Source: Raja brachyura (Eukaryota). Taken from it: 64,000 nt of DNA. Shown here in pieces: positions 1 through 13,169 of the stretch. A program made the translations under genes and the position numbers. The stretch spans positions 48,298,001 through 48,362,000 of the forward strand of contig OY740799.1 of the NCBI GenBank assembly GCA_963514005.1, read 5' to 3'. Each line of letters starts with the position of its first letter. Position 1 is the stretch's first letter. The notes below the pieces were generated by a model. It had not been told where the DNA came from. It worked only from the letters and a program-made list of their open reading frames with translations, and searched no databases.

Positions 1-802
1 GCAATTGCACCACAAATTTAGCAAACCTCACAGCCTGTATTTGGAATCAAGCCCCAAAATGATTCAGTGGCAAAACAAACTCTCTCATGGTCAAGGTCCA
101 AGGATTTATTACTGGGTTTAAACAGAAAACAATGACTTCCTCAGGGTGCCTAAAATGTGTGTTGCTGCCAATGTTGCTTATTAGGTACCTATGTTGTTTA
201 ATTAACATTGGAATGTCGTAAACCACGACTAATTTGAAAATAGCAAATATGTGATGATGTACTAATGTGGTGGATTATCTACTTGAAGGGTGTTACTTTT
301 GGGGTAAAGACTGGAAAAGTCACCCAGGAAAACACATTTCTTGCTCTAAAATATGCCAAAATAAAATAGTTCGCATCCTCCTGAGACACCAATCACAATT
401 TAATTTAACATTTCATTCGAAAGTTGGCACTTCAAGTGCAGCATTCTCTCAGTATTGTACTGGAAGCATTAGGCGTGACTTTCTGCTTAAATCATTTGAG
501 TAGGACGTTTAAATAACATTTTGTAGTCTATTTTGAAGTACAACCTTCTAAACCAAGTATGAAGGCATCCTTTCAATTTCCTTGAAAAGATCAGACACTC
601 GACGTTAAACGGTTTAACAATAGTCTTTGCTTTAGAAAATAAGAAGCATTGGTAACTATTATAGTTAAAAAGAAAACCTGCAATATTTTGGACTGAATTT
701 TCCGTCTATGAAGTGAAATTCAACTGCAGACATAAAGTACACAGATCAGCGTAATAGCTCACTCAGTGAGGGTAACAAATATTCAACTGGAATTGATGTT
801 AC

Positions 803-949
803 CTTAAGCTGTTGATCTCTCATGTGCAGCTGGGTCTCTTTGTCCTGAATTTCGGCTTCCAGCTGCAAGACTAGTTGATCTTTCTGAGCCAGCTGCTCAG
901 TTAAATCGGCCACTGAATACTTACCTGCTGACTTCTTGTAGCTTTGTGC
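803..949 (-). CDS. golgb1: Internal coding exon (147 nt, phase 0-0) of a coiled-coil protein, probably golgin B1/giantin; gene continues left of the window
   Basis: Acceptor ttattctgcag and donor AAG|gtaac flank an open frame AQSYKKSAGKYSVADLTEQLAQKDQLVLQLEAEIQDKETQLHMRDQQLK. It resembles the recalled giantin N-terminus (human QEDVQERLAYAEQLVVELKDIIRQKDVQLQQKDEALQ). Confidence 0.65.
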
Positions 950-1226
950 CTGCAGAATAATTGGTCACTATTAATAACTGCATCATCATAGTGAATCAGA
1001 CTTCAGTATTCAGAGAAAACAGTATTGAAATATGCAGTGACTTGAGAAGAGCATTAATGTGGAATGCATGGAAGCCAATGCATTCTTTTTAATTGCAAGG
1101 CCACTGCTGCAAACTTCAGTCACTCTGGGGACCCAACCTTGTGTATATTGGCCTTGTGTATTTTAACATGCTCAAAGGCTTTCCAACGATTAATTCTCAT
1201 ATTGAGGGGGAAAAAATAGGATAGAC

Positions 1227-1410
1227 AGGCACAATGTGCTGGATTAATTCAGCAGGTCAGGTGGTATCTCAGGAAAAAGAGGATGGATGATATTTCGGGT
1301 CAGGATCCTTTTTCAAATTTGTCCTGGTCTTTTCTTGCTTCCAGATCCACCCCCTACAATCTGTCTAAAGAAGGGTCCCAACCTGAAACTTCACCCATCC
1401 TTTTTCACCC
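1227..1410. mobile_element. Two inverted, decayed Penelope-type terminal repeats
   Basis: gtctaaagaagggtcccaacctgaaacttcacccatcc at ~1363-1400 and its degenerate reverse complement at ~1281-1318; same motif as the 3' end of the Penelope element at ~21465. Confidence 0.55.
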
Positions 1411-1426
1411 AAGCCAATGAGTTGGT

Positions 1427-1708
1427 TTAGTTTAATTCAGTTTAGTTTAGAGATACACCGCTTTGGCCCTCCGAGTCCACGCCAACCAGCAATCCCTGTG
1501 CATTAACACTATCCAACACGCTCGGGACAATTTACAATTATACCTAGCCAATTAACCTACAAACCAGTGCATATTTGGAATGTGGTAGGACACCCGAGAT
1601 CCCGGAGAAAATCCACGCAGGTCACGGGGAGAAGGTACAAACTCTGTAGTCAGGATCGAACCCAGTTCCCTGGCACTGTAAGGCAGCAACTCTACCGCTG
1701 CACCACCA
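1427..1708 (-). mobile_element. tRNA-derived SINE
   Basis: Minus-strand head GGTGGTGCAGCGGTAGAGTTGCTGCCTTACAG...GGTTCGATCC (A and B boxes) and (CTAAA)n-type tail. Confidence 0.75.
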
Positions 1709-2016
1709 TTACTGCAGCATTTTTTATATATACCAACATCTGCATTTCTTTGTATCTGGGATGCAAGTCTGATTTGCTAGTAATACTGGGAAAAGGGGAA
1801 GTGTCCTGGGGAGCCACACATGAGGTGGGAGTGACCCTAGGAGCTGCGTGTGCCCAATCCACCCACCGAACAACCGCGCCGCCGACGGGAACGTGCACCG
1901 GTCCAGCCCCTCCTGAAAAAAACCTAACCTTAACCCCACCTTGCCAAGCAACTACACACCTATTTCAAAACTGCCTTTCCTTTCAAAAGCCCTTGAAAAA
2001 GTAATTTTAAGTCAAC

Positions 2017-3830
2017 ATGCCTTACCATGACCAAAATACTATCTTGGAAACTTTCCAATCAGGTTTCAGGGCCCACCAGAGTACAGAGTCTGCCTTGTCG
2101 AAGGTACACAATGACCTACTTCTCACCATTGACTCCGGCGACTGTGCAATCCTGCTCCTTCTTGACCTCAGCGCAGCATTGGATACTGTCGACCACACTA
2201 TCAATGATCTGGATGAAGGGGTGGTAAATTGGATTAGTAAGTATGCAGATGATACCAAGATAGGGGGTGTTGTGGATAATGAAGAGGATTTCCAAAGTCT
2301 ACAGAGTGATTTAGGCCAGTTGGAAAAATGGGCTGAAAGATGGCAGATGGAGTTTAATGCTGATAAATGTGAGGTGCTACACCTTGGCAGGACAAATCAA
2401 AATAGGACGTACACGGTAAACGGTAGGGAATTGAAGAATACAGTTGAACAGAGGGATCTGGGAATAACCGTGCATAGTTCCTTGAAGGTAGAATCTCATA
2501 TAGATAGGGTGGTAAAGAAAGCTTTTGGTATGCTAGCCTTTATAAATCAGAGCATTGAGTATAGAAGCTGGGATGTAATGTTAAAATTGTACAAGACGTT
2601 GGTGAGACCAAACCTGGAGTATGGTGTACAATTTTGGTCGCCCAATTATAGGAAGGATGTCAGCAAAATAGAGAGGGTACAGAGGAGATTTACTAGAATG
2701 TTGCCTGGGTTTCAACAGCTAAGTTACAGAGATAGGTTGAATAAGTTAGGTCTTTATTCTCTGGAGCGCAGAAGGTTAAGGGGTGACTTGATAGAGGTCT
2801 TTAAAATGATGAGAGAGATAGACAGAGTTAATGTGGACAAGCTTTTCCCTTTGAGAATAGGGAAGATTCAAACAAGAGGACATGACTTTAGAATTAAGGG
2901 ACAGAGGTTTAGGGGTAACATGAGGGGGAACTTCTTTACTCAGAGAGTGGTAGCGGTGTGGAATGAGCTTCCAGTGGAAGTGGTGGCGGCAGGTTCGTTG
3001 GTATCATTTAAAAATAAATTGGATAGGCATATGGATGAGAAGGGTATGGAGGGTTATGGTATGAGTGAAGGCAGGTGGGACTAAGGGAAAAAAAGTTGTT
3101 CGGCACGGACTTGAAGGGCCGAGATGGCCTGTTTCCGTGCTGTAATTGTTATATGGTTATATGGTTATAACTATCCTAATTGACCGTCTCCGTTACAGGG
3201 TTGGTATTGATGGCACTGCCCTGAGCTGGTTCATCTCCTACCTCAAAGGTAGGAGTTTCTCTACTAACATAGGCAACTCTTTCTCCTCCCCAGCTAGCTC
3301 TGCTGCGGGGTTCCATAAGTTTTCATCCTTAGCCCCATTCTCTTCTCCCTGTATATGCTGCCCTTAGGCCAAGTCATTCAAAGGCACTGCATTTCCTTCC
3401 ATTGCTATGCAGATGATACACAACTCTCCTGATGCCCAAAAACCGATCAAATTTACTTAACCTTATCCACTGCCTCAAGGATATAAAGTGTTGGATGGCC
3501 CAGAACTTCCTCCAACTAAATAAGAGTAAGTCTGAGGTCATCCTTCTTGGCCCCTCAGACACAATCAAAACGATAGCAGGCATCCTTGGAAGACTTATCC
3601 CATTACTCAAACCTCACGTCAAAAACCTTGGCGTGATATTTCACTTAGCATTGAAATTTGACAAACAAGTCAATGCCATGGTAAAAACTAGCTTCTTCCA
3701 GCTTTGGACGATAGCTAAAATAAAACAATTCCTCCAGTGTGACGACCTCGAAAAGATCATCCACACATTTATCTCCTCCCGCCTCGATCACTGCAACTCC
3801 CATTACACTGGCATCAGCCAATCTTCACTG
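2017..3830 (+). mobile_element. L2 LINE RT fragment, split by a CR1
   Basis: FQSGFRAHQSTESAL, LLLLDLSAALDTVDH, YADD codon string at ~3406, WMAQNFLQLNKSKSE, FISSRLDHCNS. Confidence 0.85.
2203..3169 (+). mobile_element. 5'-truncated CR1 LINE (family A)
   Basis: YADDTK RT motif, (TATATGGT)n tail, TSD ACTATC at 2197-2202 and 3170-3175; nearly identical to 18087-19446. Confidence 0.9.
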
Positions 3831-4240
3831 CACAGGACAGGAAGAAAATCATGAATGTCATAAACGTCCCAGGTTTACTTTGAAGAGAATGTGTTTTTTC
3901 AAGTAGTGAACCAATCACATTACACAAATAAACATTTCTCGGCCTCAATATGCACAACCCATCTCATTAAAATTTAAAATGCCAATAACAAATAATAAAA
4001 CATGAGAAATTCAATTTGAAATGGCTAAAATTTACCAGAGGCAAAATATAACAGATAAATTAAGTTAAGCACAGGAAAAGCATTTTCATAAAATATTTTT
4101 CAAATTGAAAACATAAGCAAGTGATTGTAGTTCACACATTATTTTATACAAGGAAAATCAAAATTCTAAAATATATCATGAATACAAATACAAATTTTGT
4201 AAATACAAATGCAACAACAGGAAATTACAAAAATACTTAC

Positions 4241-4288
4241 GCTCTCCGACTCAAGGCGCGGTTCATTTGCACAAAAGCACCTCCACAT
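4241..4288 (-). CDS. golgb1: First coding exon (exon spans 4241-4306) of the probable golgb1 gene, MWRCFCANEPRLESES
   Basis: Acceptor ttaatttgcag, ATG at 4288, consensus donor AGC|GTAAGT in phase 0, joining in frame to 803-949. Confidence 0.55.
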
Positions 4289-4513
4289 GCTTCTATATTA
4301 ATGTGGCTGCAAATTAACCAAAATAATAATTAAATGGAATTGGTACAGAGCAGACAAGCAGAGAAGATTAGTTTAACCTGGCATCATTCTTGGCACGGAC
4401 ATTGTGGGCCAAAGGGGCTGTTCCTTTGCTGTACTGTCTATGTTCTGGAGTTTCACTTCAGTTTGTTGTCACGTGTACCGAGGTACAGTGTAAAGCTTTT
4501 ATTCCGTGCTGAC

Positions 4514-4552
4514 CAAAGATCCTATAGCGGAGCGCTCACTATAGGATCTTTG
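4514..4552. mobile_element. 39-bp hAT-type MITE
   Basis: Perfect 14-bp TIRs CAAAGATCCTATAG/CTATAGGATCTTTG; perfect 8-bp TSD GTGCTGAC at 4506-4513 and 4553-4560. Confidence 0.85.
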
Positions 4553-4911
4553 GTGCTGACCAGTCAGCAGAAGGACAATACACTATTACAATCGATCCAT
4601 TTACAGCGCAAGGTAAACCCAGCAAAGTCTGATCAAGGATAGTCTGAGGGTCATCAAAGCGGTAGATAATAGTTCAGTACTAATGGTGCGAATGATGAGA
4701 TTAGCAAATGGCCCAGGTGTCCAATTGAAGAAAGTGACACCCAATGCAAAGCAGATCAGTGGCAATAACAAAGATACATTAAAGTGAATGGAGGGGAGAA
4801 ATTGCTTTAATCAGGGGGTGGTGAATCTGTCTAATTCATTGCCACAGAAGGATGTTTTTGATGCCATGGCAATGGATATTTTATGACAGAGATTGATAGA
4901 TTCTTGATTAG

Positions 4912-5926
4912 AAACATAGAAAATAGGTGCAGGAGTAGGCCATTCGGCCCTTCGAGCCTGCACCGCCATTCAATGTGATCATGGCTGATCATCCAACTCA
5001 GTATCCCGTACCTGCCTTCTCTCCATACCCCCTGATCCCTTTAGCCACAAGTGCCACATCTAACGCCCTCTTAAATATAGCCAATGAACTGGCCTCAACT
5101 ACCTTCTGTGGCAGAGAATTCCAGAGACTCACGACTCTCTGTGTAAAGAATGTTTTCCTCATTTCGGTCCTAAAGGAATTCCCCCTTATCCTTAGACTGT
5201 GACCCCTTGTTCTGGACTCCCCCAACATCGGGAACAATCTTCCAGCATCTAGCTTGTCCAACCCCTTAAGAATTGTGTAAGTTTCTATAAGATCCCCCCT
5301 CAATCTTCTAAATTCCAGCGAGTACAAGCCCAGTCTATCCAATCTTTCCTCATATGAAAGTCCTGACATCCCAGGAATCAGTCTGGTGAATCTTCTCTGT
5401 ACCCCCTCTATGGCAAGGATGTCTTTCCTCAGATTTGGAGACCAAAACTGTACGCAATACTCCAGGTGTGGCCTCACCAAAACCCTGTACAACTGCAGTA
5501 GAACCTCCCTGCTCCTATACTCAAATCCTTTCGCTATGAATGCTAACATACCATTTGCTTTCTTCACTGCCTGCTGCACCTGCATGCCTAGTTTCAATGA
5601 CTGGTGTACCATGACACCCAGGTCTCGTTGCATCTCCCCCTTTCCTAATCTGCCACCATTCAGATAATAGTCTACCCTCATGTTTTTGCCACCAAAGTGG
5701 ATAACCTCACATTTATCCACATTATACTGCATCTGCCATGCATTTGCCCATTCACTCAGCCTATCCAAATCACCCTGCAGCCCCCAAGCATCCTCCTCAC
5801 ACCTAACTATACCCCCCAGCTTGGTATCATCTGCAAATTTGGAGATGTTGCATTGAATTCCCTCGTCCAAATCATTAATATATATTGTAAATAGCTGGGG
5901 TCCCAGCACTGAGCCTTGCGGCACCC
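4912..5926 (-). mobile_element. Young 5'-truncated CR1 (family B) inside an older CR1 3' end
   Basis: ORF 4998-5924 (PQGSVLGP, FADDTK), (TTTCTATG)n tail, TSD CTTGATTAG at 4903-4911 and 5927-5935. Confidence 0.9.
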
Positions 5927-6166
5927 CTTGATTAGTCCGGGTGTCAGGGGTTATGGAGAGAATGCAACATTTATGAAGGCAGCTGGGCTCTAAAATTCAG
6001 GTAGTTCCAATGTGTTAAATGATCATACATCTAAATTCCTAACAACCAATAAACAGAGCAGGATTACGGGCTCAAAGATGCCTCAATAATGCTCAATAAT
6101 GGAGAGTTGCAATAATGGACAAATTATGATGCAAAGCAATACACAAAATATTTCTACAAGAGTGGA

Positions 6167-7340
6167 TAGAAACACAGAAACATAGAAAATAGGTACAGGA
6201 GTAGGCCATTCGGCCCTTCGAATCTGCACCGCCATTCAATAAGATCATGGCTGATCACCCAACTCAGTATCCTGTACCTGCCTTCTCTTTATACCCCCTG
6301 ATGCCTTTAGCCACAAGGGCCACATCTAACTCACTCTTAAATATAGCCAATGAATTGGCCTCAACTACTTTCTGTGGCAGGAAATTCCACAGATTCACCG
6401 CTCTCTGTGTGAAAAGAAAAATCTCATCTTGGTCCTAAAAGATGTCCCCCTTATCCTTAAACTGTGACCCCTTGTTCTGGACTTCCCCAACATTGGGAAC
6501 AATCTTCCTGCATCTAGCCTGTCCAACCCCTTAAGTTTCTAAAAGATCCCCTCTCAATCTTCTAAATTCTATCGAGTACAAGCCGAGTCTACCCAGTCTT
6601 TCTTCATATGAAAGTCCAGCCATCCCAGGAATCAGTCTGGTAAACCTTCTCTGCACTCCCCCTATGCCAAGAATGTCTTTCCGCACATTTGGAGACCAAA
6701 ACTGTACGCAATGTGGTCTCACCAAGGCTACAACTGCAGTAGAACCTCCCTGCTCCTATACTCAAATCCTTTTGCTATGAATGCTAACATACCATTCACT
6801 TTCTTCACTGCCTGCTGCACCTGCATGCCTACTTTCAATGACTGGTGTACCATGACACCCGGGTCTCGTTGCATCTCCCCTTTTCCTTATCGGCCACGAT
6901 TCAGATAATAGTCTACTTTTCTGTTCTTGCCACCAAAGTTGATAACCTCACATTTATCCACATTATACTGCATCTGCCATGCATTTGCCCACTCACCCAA
7001 CCTATGCAAGTCACCTTGCAGCCTCCTAGCATCCTCCTCACAGCTAACACTGCCCCCCAGCTTCGTGTCATCCGCAAACTTGGAGATGTTGCATTCAATT
7101 CCCTCATCCAAATCATTAATGTATATTGTAAATTGCTGGGGTCCCAGCACTGAGTCTTGCGGTACCCCACTAGTCACTGCCTGCCATTCTGAAAAAGGAC
7201 CCGTTTACTCCTACTCTTTGCTTCCTGTCTGCCAGCCAGTTCTCTATCCACATCAATACTGAACCCCCAATACCGTGTGCTTTAAGTTTGTATAATAATC
7301 TCTTATTTGTATACTAATCTCTTACTTGGAACTTGGGACC
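6167..7340 (-). mobile_element. Degenerate CR1 fragment
   Basis: Broken RT ORFs 6531-6725 and 6887-7177 with FADDTK; CR1 octamer tail. Confidence 0.85.
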
Positions 7341-8459
7341 TCAATTGTTTTGGAAGCAGTCAAATTTCAGTTGACTTTTGGTCATTGAACATGGTTTCAC
7401 TTTGATGAACGTAGCTTTCACTGAACACATGATATGAACACATAGTTTTAGGGTAATATTTCTCTACCCAGTGGAAAGCCAGCCTATTACAAAACAAAAA
7501 TTTTTAAATAGGAAATATCCTGTGTTTGCTGGATTCAACAATGGAAATCAAACCGAGGCAACTGAAAGGTATAACATGTATTGATCACAAGACAAAGAAG
7601 CTGCCATTTAAAACAAGAGGTGTGCAAGAATTTCCTCAGGAGACACAGAACTAAATCGTTCCACACTCCCAGTTCAAAAAAAGCCACTGTCCCATCAGGT
7701 TCTTGAACTGACCTAATGCTACCACAGCAACGGAACATTACAGGCCATATCTTGGCAACCATGGATTGTTTCATTTTCTGAATTCCATTTTATAGACGAT
7801 GTCATATGACAATTACCTGCATGGTGCAGGAGCAGGTCATTTGGCCCTTTGAGCCTGCACCACGACTCACTGTGATCATGGTTGATCATTCACAATCAGT
7901 AACCCATTCCTGCCTTCTCCCCATAGAATATAATATAGATTATTGGAAGTGTTTCAGTTTGTTCCTGCATCCAAATAATTTATCACTTCAAATTCCTTTA
8001 GTCCACTGGAAGTAGATCACCAAACTTCAAAGATTTTCTGCTTCTATCGTCATAATCTCCTAGCACTATGTCATTAATCCTAACATTGATTTCTTTCAAT
8101 TCCTACCATCCATACATTTAGAAAGCAAATTGCACCCTTCATTGTGGAGAACTGAACAGCATTTATTCTGCAATTTATTTGTTCCCAACCAGGGTTTCTA
8201 ACCAAGAGACTTATTTTTGTTTTCAATTACATTTCATCAGAACTGGAAGAAGCTATAAAACAAGATTATACTTCTCACTTTTTCCCAGTTCTCATGAAAA
8301 GTTGTTGACCTGAGATGTGAACTATGTTCCTCTCACCACAAATGAAAGTGAGTAGCTCCAACATTTTCTGCTTCTCTGCAGCCACCAGGCTATTAAACAA
8401 TACAAACTCCAAATAAGATCTGAACTACATAGACTTCAGAGCAGCGGTTTTGTTTTTTT

Positions 8460-11400
8460 GGGACTGCAGCTATTTACAATATACATCAGATGCATTTTAA
8501 TGTGGATACATGTGAGGTTATCTACTTTGGTAGCAAAAACAGGTAGGCAGATTATTATCTAAATGGCGTCAAGTTGTGAAAAGGGGAAGTACAACTGCCT
8601 AGGGATTAACGGGTCCCTTTCAGAATGGCAGATAGTGGCTAGTGGGGTGCAGCAAGGCTCTGTGCAGCTATTTACAATATACATCAATGATTTAGATGAA
8701 GGGGTTCAATGTAACATTAGCAAATTTGCAGATGACACAAAGCTGGGTGGCAGTGTGAATTGTAAGGAGGATGCTATGAGAATGCAGGGTGACTTGGACA
8801 GTTTGGGTGAGTGGGCAGATGCATGGCAGATGCAGTTTAATGTGGATAAATGTGAGGTTATCCGTTTTGGTAGCAAAAACAGGTAGGCAGATTATTATCT
8901 AAACGGTGTCAAGTTGGACTGACTGTGGAGTACCTTAGAGCTTTCTGGGATGTCCTGGGTGGTGACTATATGAAGGTCCTGGGGGAGAGCCTGGCGACCG
9001 GGGAGATGCCCTTCTCGTGGCGCAGGGCGGTAGTTGTCCTGCTGCCCAAAAAGGGCGATCTCCACCTTTTGAAGAACTGGCGCCCAGTCTCTCTCCTCAG
9101 CACGGACTATAAAGTTTTTGCATGGGCATTGGCGAATCGCCTGGGTCCTGTGCTGTCCCAGGTAATCCACCCTGACCAGTCCTACACAGTCCCGGGCCGG
9201 TCCATCCAGGACAATATCCATCTGCTCCGGGACCTGATCCATCTGTCCCAGGGAGCTGGACAGTCAGTCGCCTATCTCTCCCTTGACCAGGAAAAGGCGT
9301 TTGACAGGGTGGAGCACAACTACCTTCTTGGGACTCTGCAGGCATTCGGATTTGGACCGCATTTCGTGGCCTGGGTCCGACTTTTATACACTGCTGCAGA
9401 GTGCCTTGTTAAGGTCAACGGCTCTTTATTGGCCCCCATTCCCTTTGGGAGGGGGGGGGGGGGTTCGTCAGGGATGTCCCATGTCCGGCCAGCTGTATTC
9501 CATCTGTGTAGAGCCATTCCTGTGCCTACTCCGGAGGCGGTTGACAGGCCTGGCTTTGCCGGGGATGGAGGTGGTTCTCTCGGCCTACGCCGATGATGTC
9601 ATTTTGATGTTCACTGACCCTGTTGACCTGCGGAGGATGCGTGAGTGCCAGCAGGTTTTCTCGGCTGCGTCCTCTGCCAAGATCAACTGGGGGAAGTGTT
9701 CTGGTCTCTTGGTGGGTCAGTGGGAGGTGGACTCCCTGCCGGAGGAGATGGCAGGTTTTGCATGGAGCACCATGCACCTCCTCTATCTGGGGGTCTACCT
9801 GAGTCCCACTGAGGGGGCGTGGCCGGCAAACTGGCAGGAGCTGGAGGCGAAGGTCATCGCCCGGCTGGGACGTTGGTCAGGTCTCCTTGGTGTGCTCTCT
9901 TACCGGGGCAGGGCTGTAGTTATAAACCAGCTGGTGGCCTCTATGCTGTGGTACCGGCTAGCCACTTTGGTCCCAACCTCTTTATTTATAATCAGGTTAC
10001 AGAGGAGATTGGTCAACTTCTTTTGGGGTGAGAGGAACCACTGGGTCTCTGCTGGGGTTCTGAGTCTCCCGTTGGCGGAGGGCGGTCAGGCGCTGGTCTG
10101 TATACGTACCCAGGTGGCAGCTCTCCGACTCAGGACCCTGCGGAGGTACGTCTACACAGACTACCCTCCTAAATGGCACATGCTGGCAACGTACTTTTTC
10201 CGCCAGGGGCGCTGCCTTCAAGAGGGCTCACGGCTCCCAGTAGCGGGTATGAGTCGACACGCTAGGCGGGAGTTGCCTGGCTTTTACCGTGACGTCCTGA
10301 AGGCCAGGAATTTGGTCACCTTCAGCCAGGGCGCTGCTCCTCAGGGGGAGGGGGGTGTTGTGGCTGTGACGGTGGGCGTCCAGGAGAGGCGTGTGCGTGG
10401 AGCGATTCTGGATGAGCTTACCCCCGCTCAATCGGAATTGTTCATAGGACCCATGGCCCGGGTCCCTCCCCGAGAGCCGGCCCCACGCACATGAGCCGCC
10501 TTTCAGAGATGCTCAGCGTGCCGTTCAGTGAGGCGGAGAGGCGTGTGATGCACAGGCTGCTCTTGCACACTCTCCACTTCCTCGCCCTCGTCTTCCGTCC
10601 TGACACACCCTGGCGGTCCGTCTTACCTGACGAGGGGAGAGGTCCCCAGTGGAGGTCTCTCCACAAGGGAGTCCTTCCCCTTTACATTGGGGACCTGGGG
10701 TGGAGAGTGTTGCACAAAGCTGTGGCCTGTAACAAGTACTTGAGCCGGTTCACGGACTCGTCCGCCGCCTGTCACTTCTGCGGCGAGGAGTCCGTGTTCC
10801 ATATGTACATGCAGTGTGAGAGGTTGCAGCCCCTGTTTGAGTATCTTAAGGGGCTGCTCCTCAAGTTTTGGCTCCATTTTAGCCCAACACTTTTTATTTT
10901 TGGGCACCCGGTACAGAGGGGGGAGGGTTGGGAGGGAGGAGGTGGTCTCCCTGTCGGTCTGCTCCTGGGCCTGGCCAAGATGGCCATTCGCGGGTCCAGG
11001 CAGCGGGCAGTCGACGGACGCACAGCAGTCGACTGCCTGCCCCTTTTCCGGGGTTATGTCCGTGCCCGCGTGTCCCTGGAGAAGGAACACGCGGTGTCCA
11101 CAGGGACTGTGGGGGCCTTCTGTGAGCGCTGGTCACCGCAGGAGGTGGAATGTTTTATTGATGAAAATGTTAATATTTTAATTTGAAATTTCTTTGTAAG
11201 ATGCCAGTTTAGGCATTCTTTGATTGTATTTGTACTTGTATTTGTTTGTTTGATTAAAACATTTTGTAAAAAAAAAAAAGGTGTCAAGTTGTGAAAAGGG
11301 GAAGTTGTGAAAACAACGGCATCTGAGGGTCATTGTTCATCAGTCAATGAAAGTAAGCATGCAGGTACAGCAGGCAGTGAAGAAAGCGAATGGCATGTTG

Positions 11401-12013
11401 GCCTTCATAACAAGAGGATTTGAGTATAGAAGCAAATAGGTCCTTCTTCAATTCAATAGGGCCCTAGTGAACCACACCTGGATTACTGTGTACAGTTTTG
11501 GTCCCCTAATTTGAGGAAGGACATTCTTGCTATTGAGGGAGTGCAGCATAGATTTACAAGGTTAATTCCCGGGATGGCGAGATTGGCATATGCTAAGAGA
11601 ATGGAGCGGCTGGGATTGTATACTCTGTAGTTTAGAAGGATGAGAGGGGTTTTTATTGAACCATATAAGATTATTAAAGGTTTGGACACGCTAGAGGCAG
11701 GAAACATGTTCGCGATGTTCGGGGAGTTCAGAACCTGGGACCACAGTTTAAGAATAAGGGCTGAGCCATTTAGAATGCAGACGAGGAAACACTTCTTCAC
11801 ACAGAGAGTTGTGAGTCTGTGGAATTCTCTGCCTCAGAGCGCAGTGGAGGAAGGTTCTCTGGATACTTTCAAGAGAAAGCTAGATAGGGCTAGATAGCAG
11901 AGTCAGGTGATATAGGGAGAAGGCAGGAACGGGGTACTGATTGGGAATGATCAGCCTTGATCACATTGAATGGCAGTGCTGACTCGAAGGACCGAAAGGC
12001 CTATTGTCTATTG
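8460..12013 (+). mobile_element. Degenerate CR1, host of the Tx1 insertion
   Basis: ORFs 8563-8886 and 11640-11897; (CTATTGT)n tail near 12001. Confidence 0.8.
8917..11279 (+). mobile_element. 5'-truncated Tx1-clade LINE (ORF2 RT plus CCHC zinc knuckle, frameshifted)
   Basis: KNWRPVSLLSTDYK, LDQEKAFDRVEH, GVRQGCPMSG, AYADD, CHFCGEESVFHMYMQC; poly(A) tail; 12-bp TSD GGTGTCAAGTTG at 8905-8916 and 11280-11291. Confidence 0.9.
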
Positions 12014-13077
12014 TCTTCTGCTTCTTCTGTCGTGTGTCTTTTAGATCTGCAACTCCGTTGAGGCGAGCCAGACCATCGTGTCATCGTCCAGGTCAATCAG
12101 ACGTCGTTCACCATTCGGTGGCCGGTGTTTGGGGCAACTGGTGACTATGTGCTCCACTGTCTGTGCTGGGTCCCCACACTCGCAAGAGGCGCCGTCCACG
12201 AGGCCCCACCTCTTCATCGCTACTCCATAGCGTCCGATGCCTGTCCTCAAGCGGTTGACGGTTGTCCACTGCTTCGGAGCAGGTCCTGGCCAGGGACGTC
12301 CATGGGGTCATTGATGTACTGGTGTAGCCTAGATGGTTACGTTGACTTCCACTGGTCTCTCCATCTCGTCTTGACCCAGGCAGCCTTAGAAGCGTCAGCC
12401 GGTGTTGTGCAGAGCAGCTCTTGGGCTTGCGTGGCAAAGGGGCGCCGTGACTTGAGGCGCATTTGTCGTGGTTTTCTCTGTGACAATCTGATGGAGGAGG
12501 TGGGATTCACTGGTCTGCGCCTTTCGAGAGAGGGCCGGCGTGGCTGCTTCTCGTCAGATGTTGGCTGGGGCAATGCCGGCAAGAACGGACAGTTGGTTTA
12601 CTGGGGTGGCTCGTAGGCATCCGGAGACGGTCAGTCTGCAGGGCGCTGTTGAGGGCAGCATCCAGCTTCTTGGCGTGAGGGCTACGGGACCAGACCGGGG
12701 CGCAGTACTCGGCGGCTGAAAACACCAGGGTCACTGTGGACATGCGCAGTGTCTTTGTCGTGGCACCCCATGTGGTGCCGGCTAGGCGGCGTATCAGTGC
12801 GGCATGGGCGCTTGTCTTTGCCTTGGCACATTCGAGGTGTGGTTTGAATGACAACGTCCTGTCGAGCTTCACACAGAGGTACGTGGGGACAGGCTGGGAC
12901 TGTAACCGGGCGTTATCCACCATGACGTTCATCTCACGGGTCGCTTCCCTGTTGTTGAGGTGGAACATTGAAGATGTTGTCTTACCCATGCTGAGCTTGA
13001 GGCGCCAGTTTCTCAGTTATGAAGACAGGATGTTTATGTCTTCAGAGAGGCCCTCTTCTGCTGCTTCCCAGGATGGC
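12014..13077 (-). mobile_element. Vingi/Ingi-like LINE, 3' part, frameshifted
   Basis: KLDRTLSFKPH, SAAEYCAPVW, RLKSR, RTG...KRWG...CECG...QTVEHIVTSC; very short 3' UTR ending CACACGACAGAAGAAGCAGAAGA. Clade call from recalled motifs. Confidence 0.7.
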
Positions 13078-13169
13078 TTACTGAGTAGGATGTCTATGTC
13101 TCAGCGGGATAGACAGTATTTCTGGAGGGAAGGAAGTGGTGAAATTCAGGTCGAGACCCTTCTTAACAC

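Noticed and set aside
1810-1945. GC-rich patch ending in AACCTAACCTTAACCC as a telomeric relic
   Set aside because: Too short and degenerate to support.
4975-5202. Recurrent 75-aa ORF MIMADHPTQYPVP... seen at several loci
   Set aside because: Antisense reading of the CR1 3' end, repeated only because the element is.
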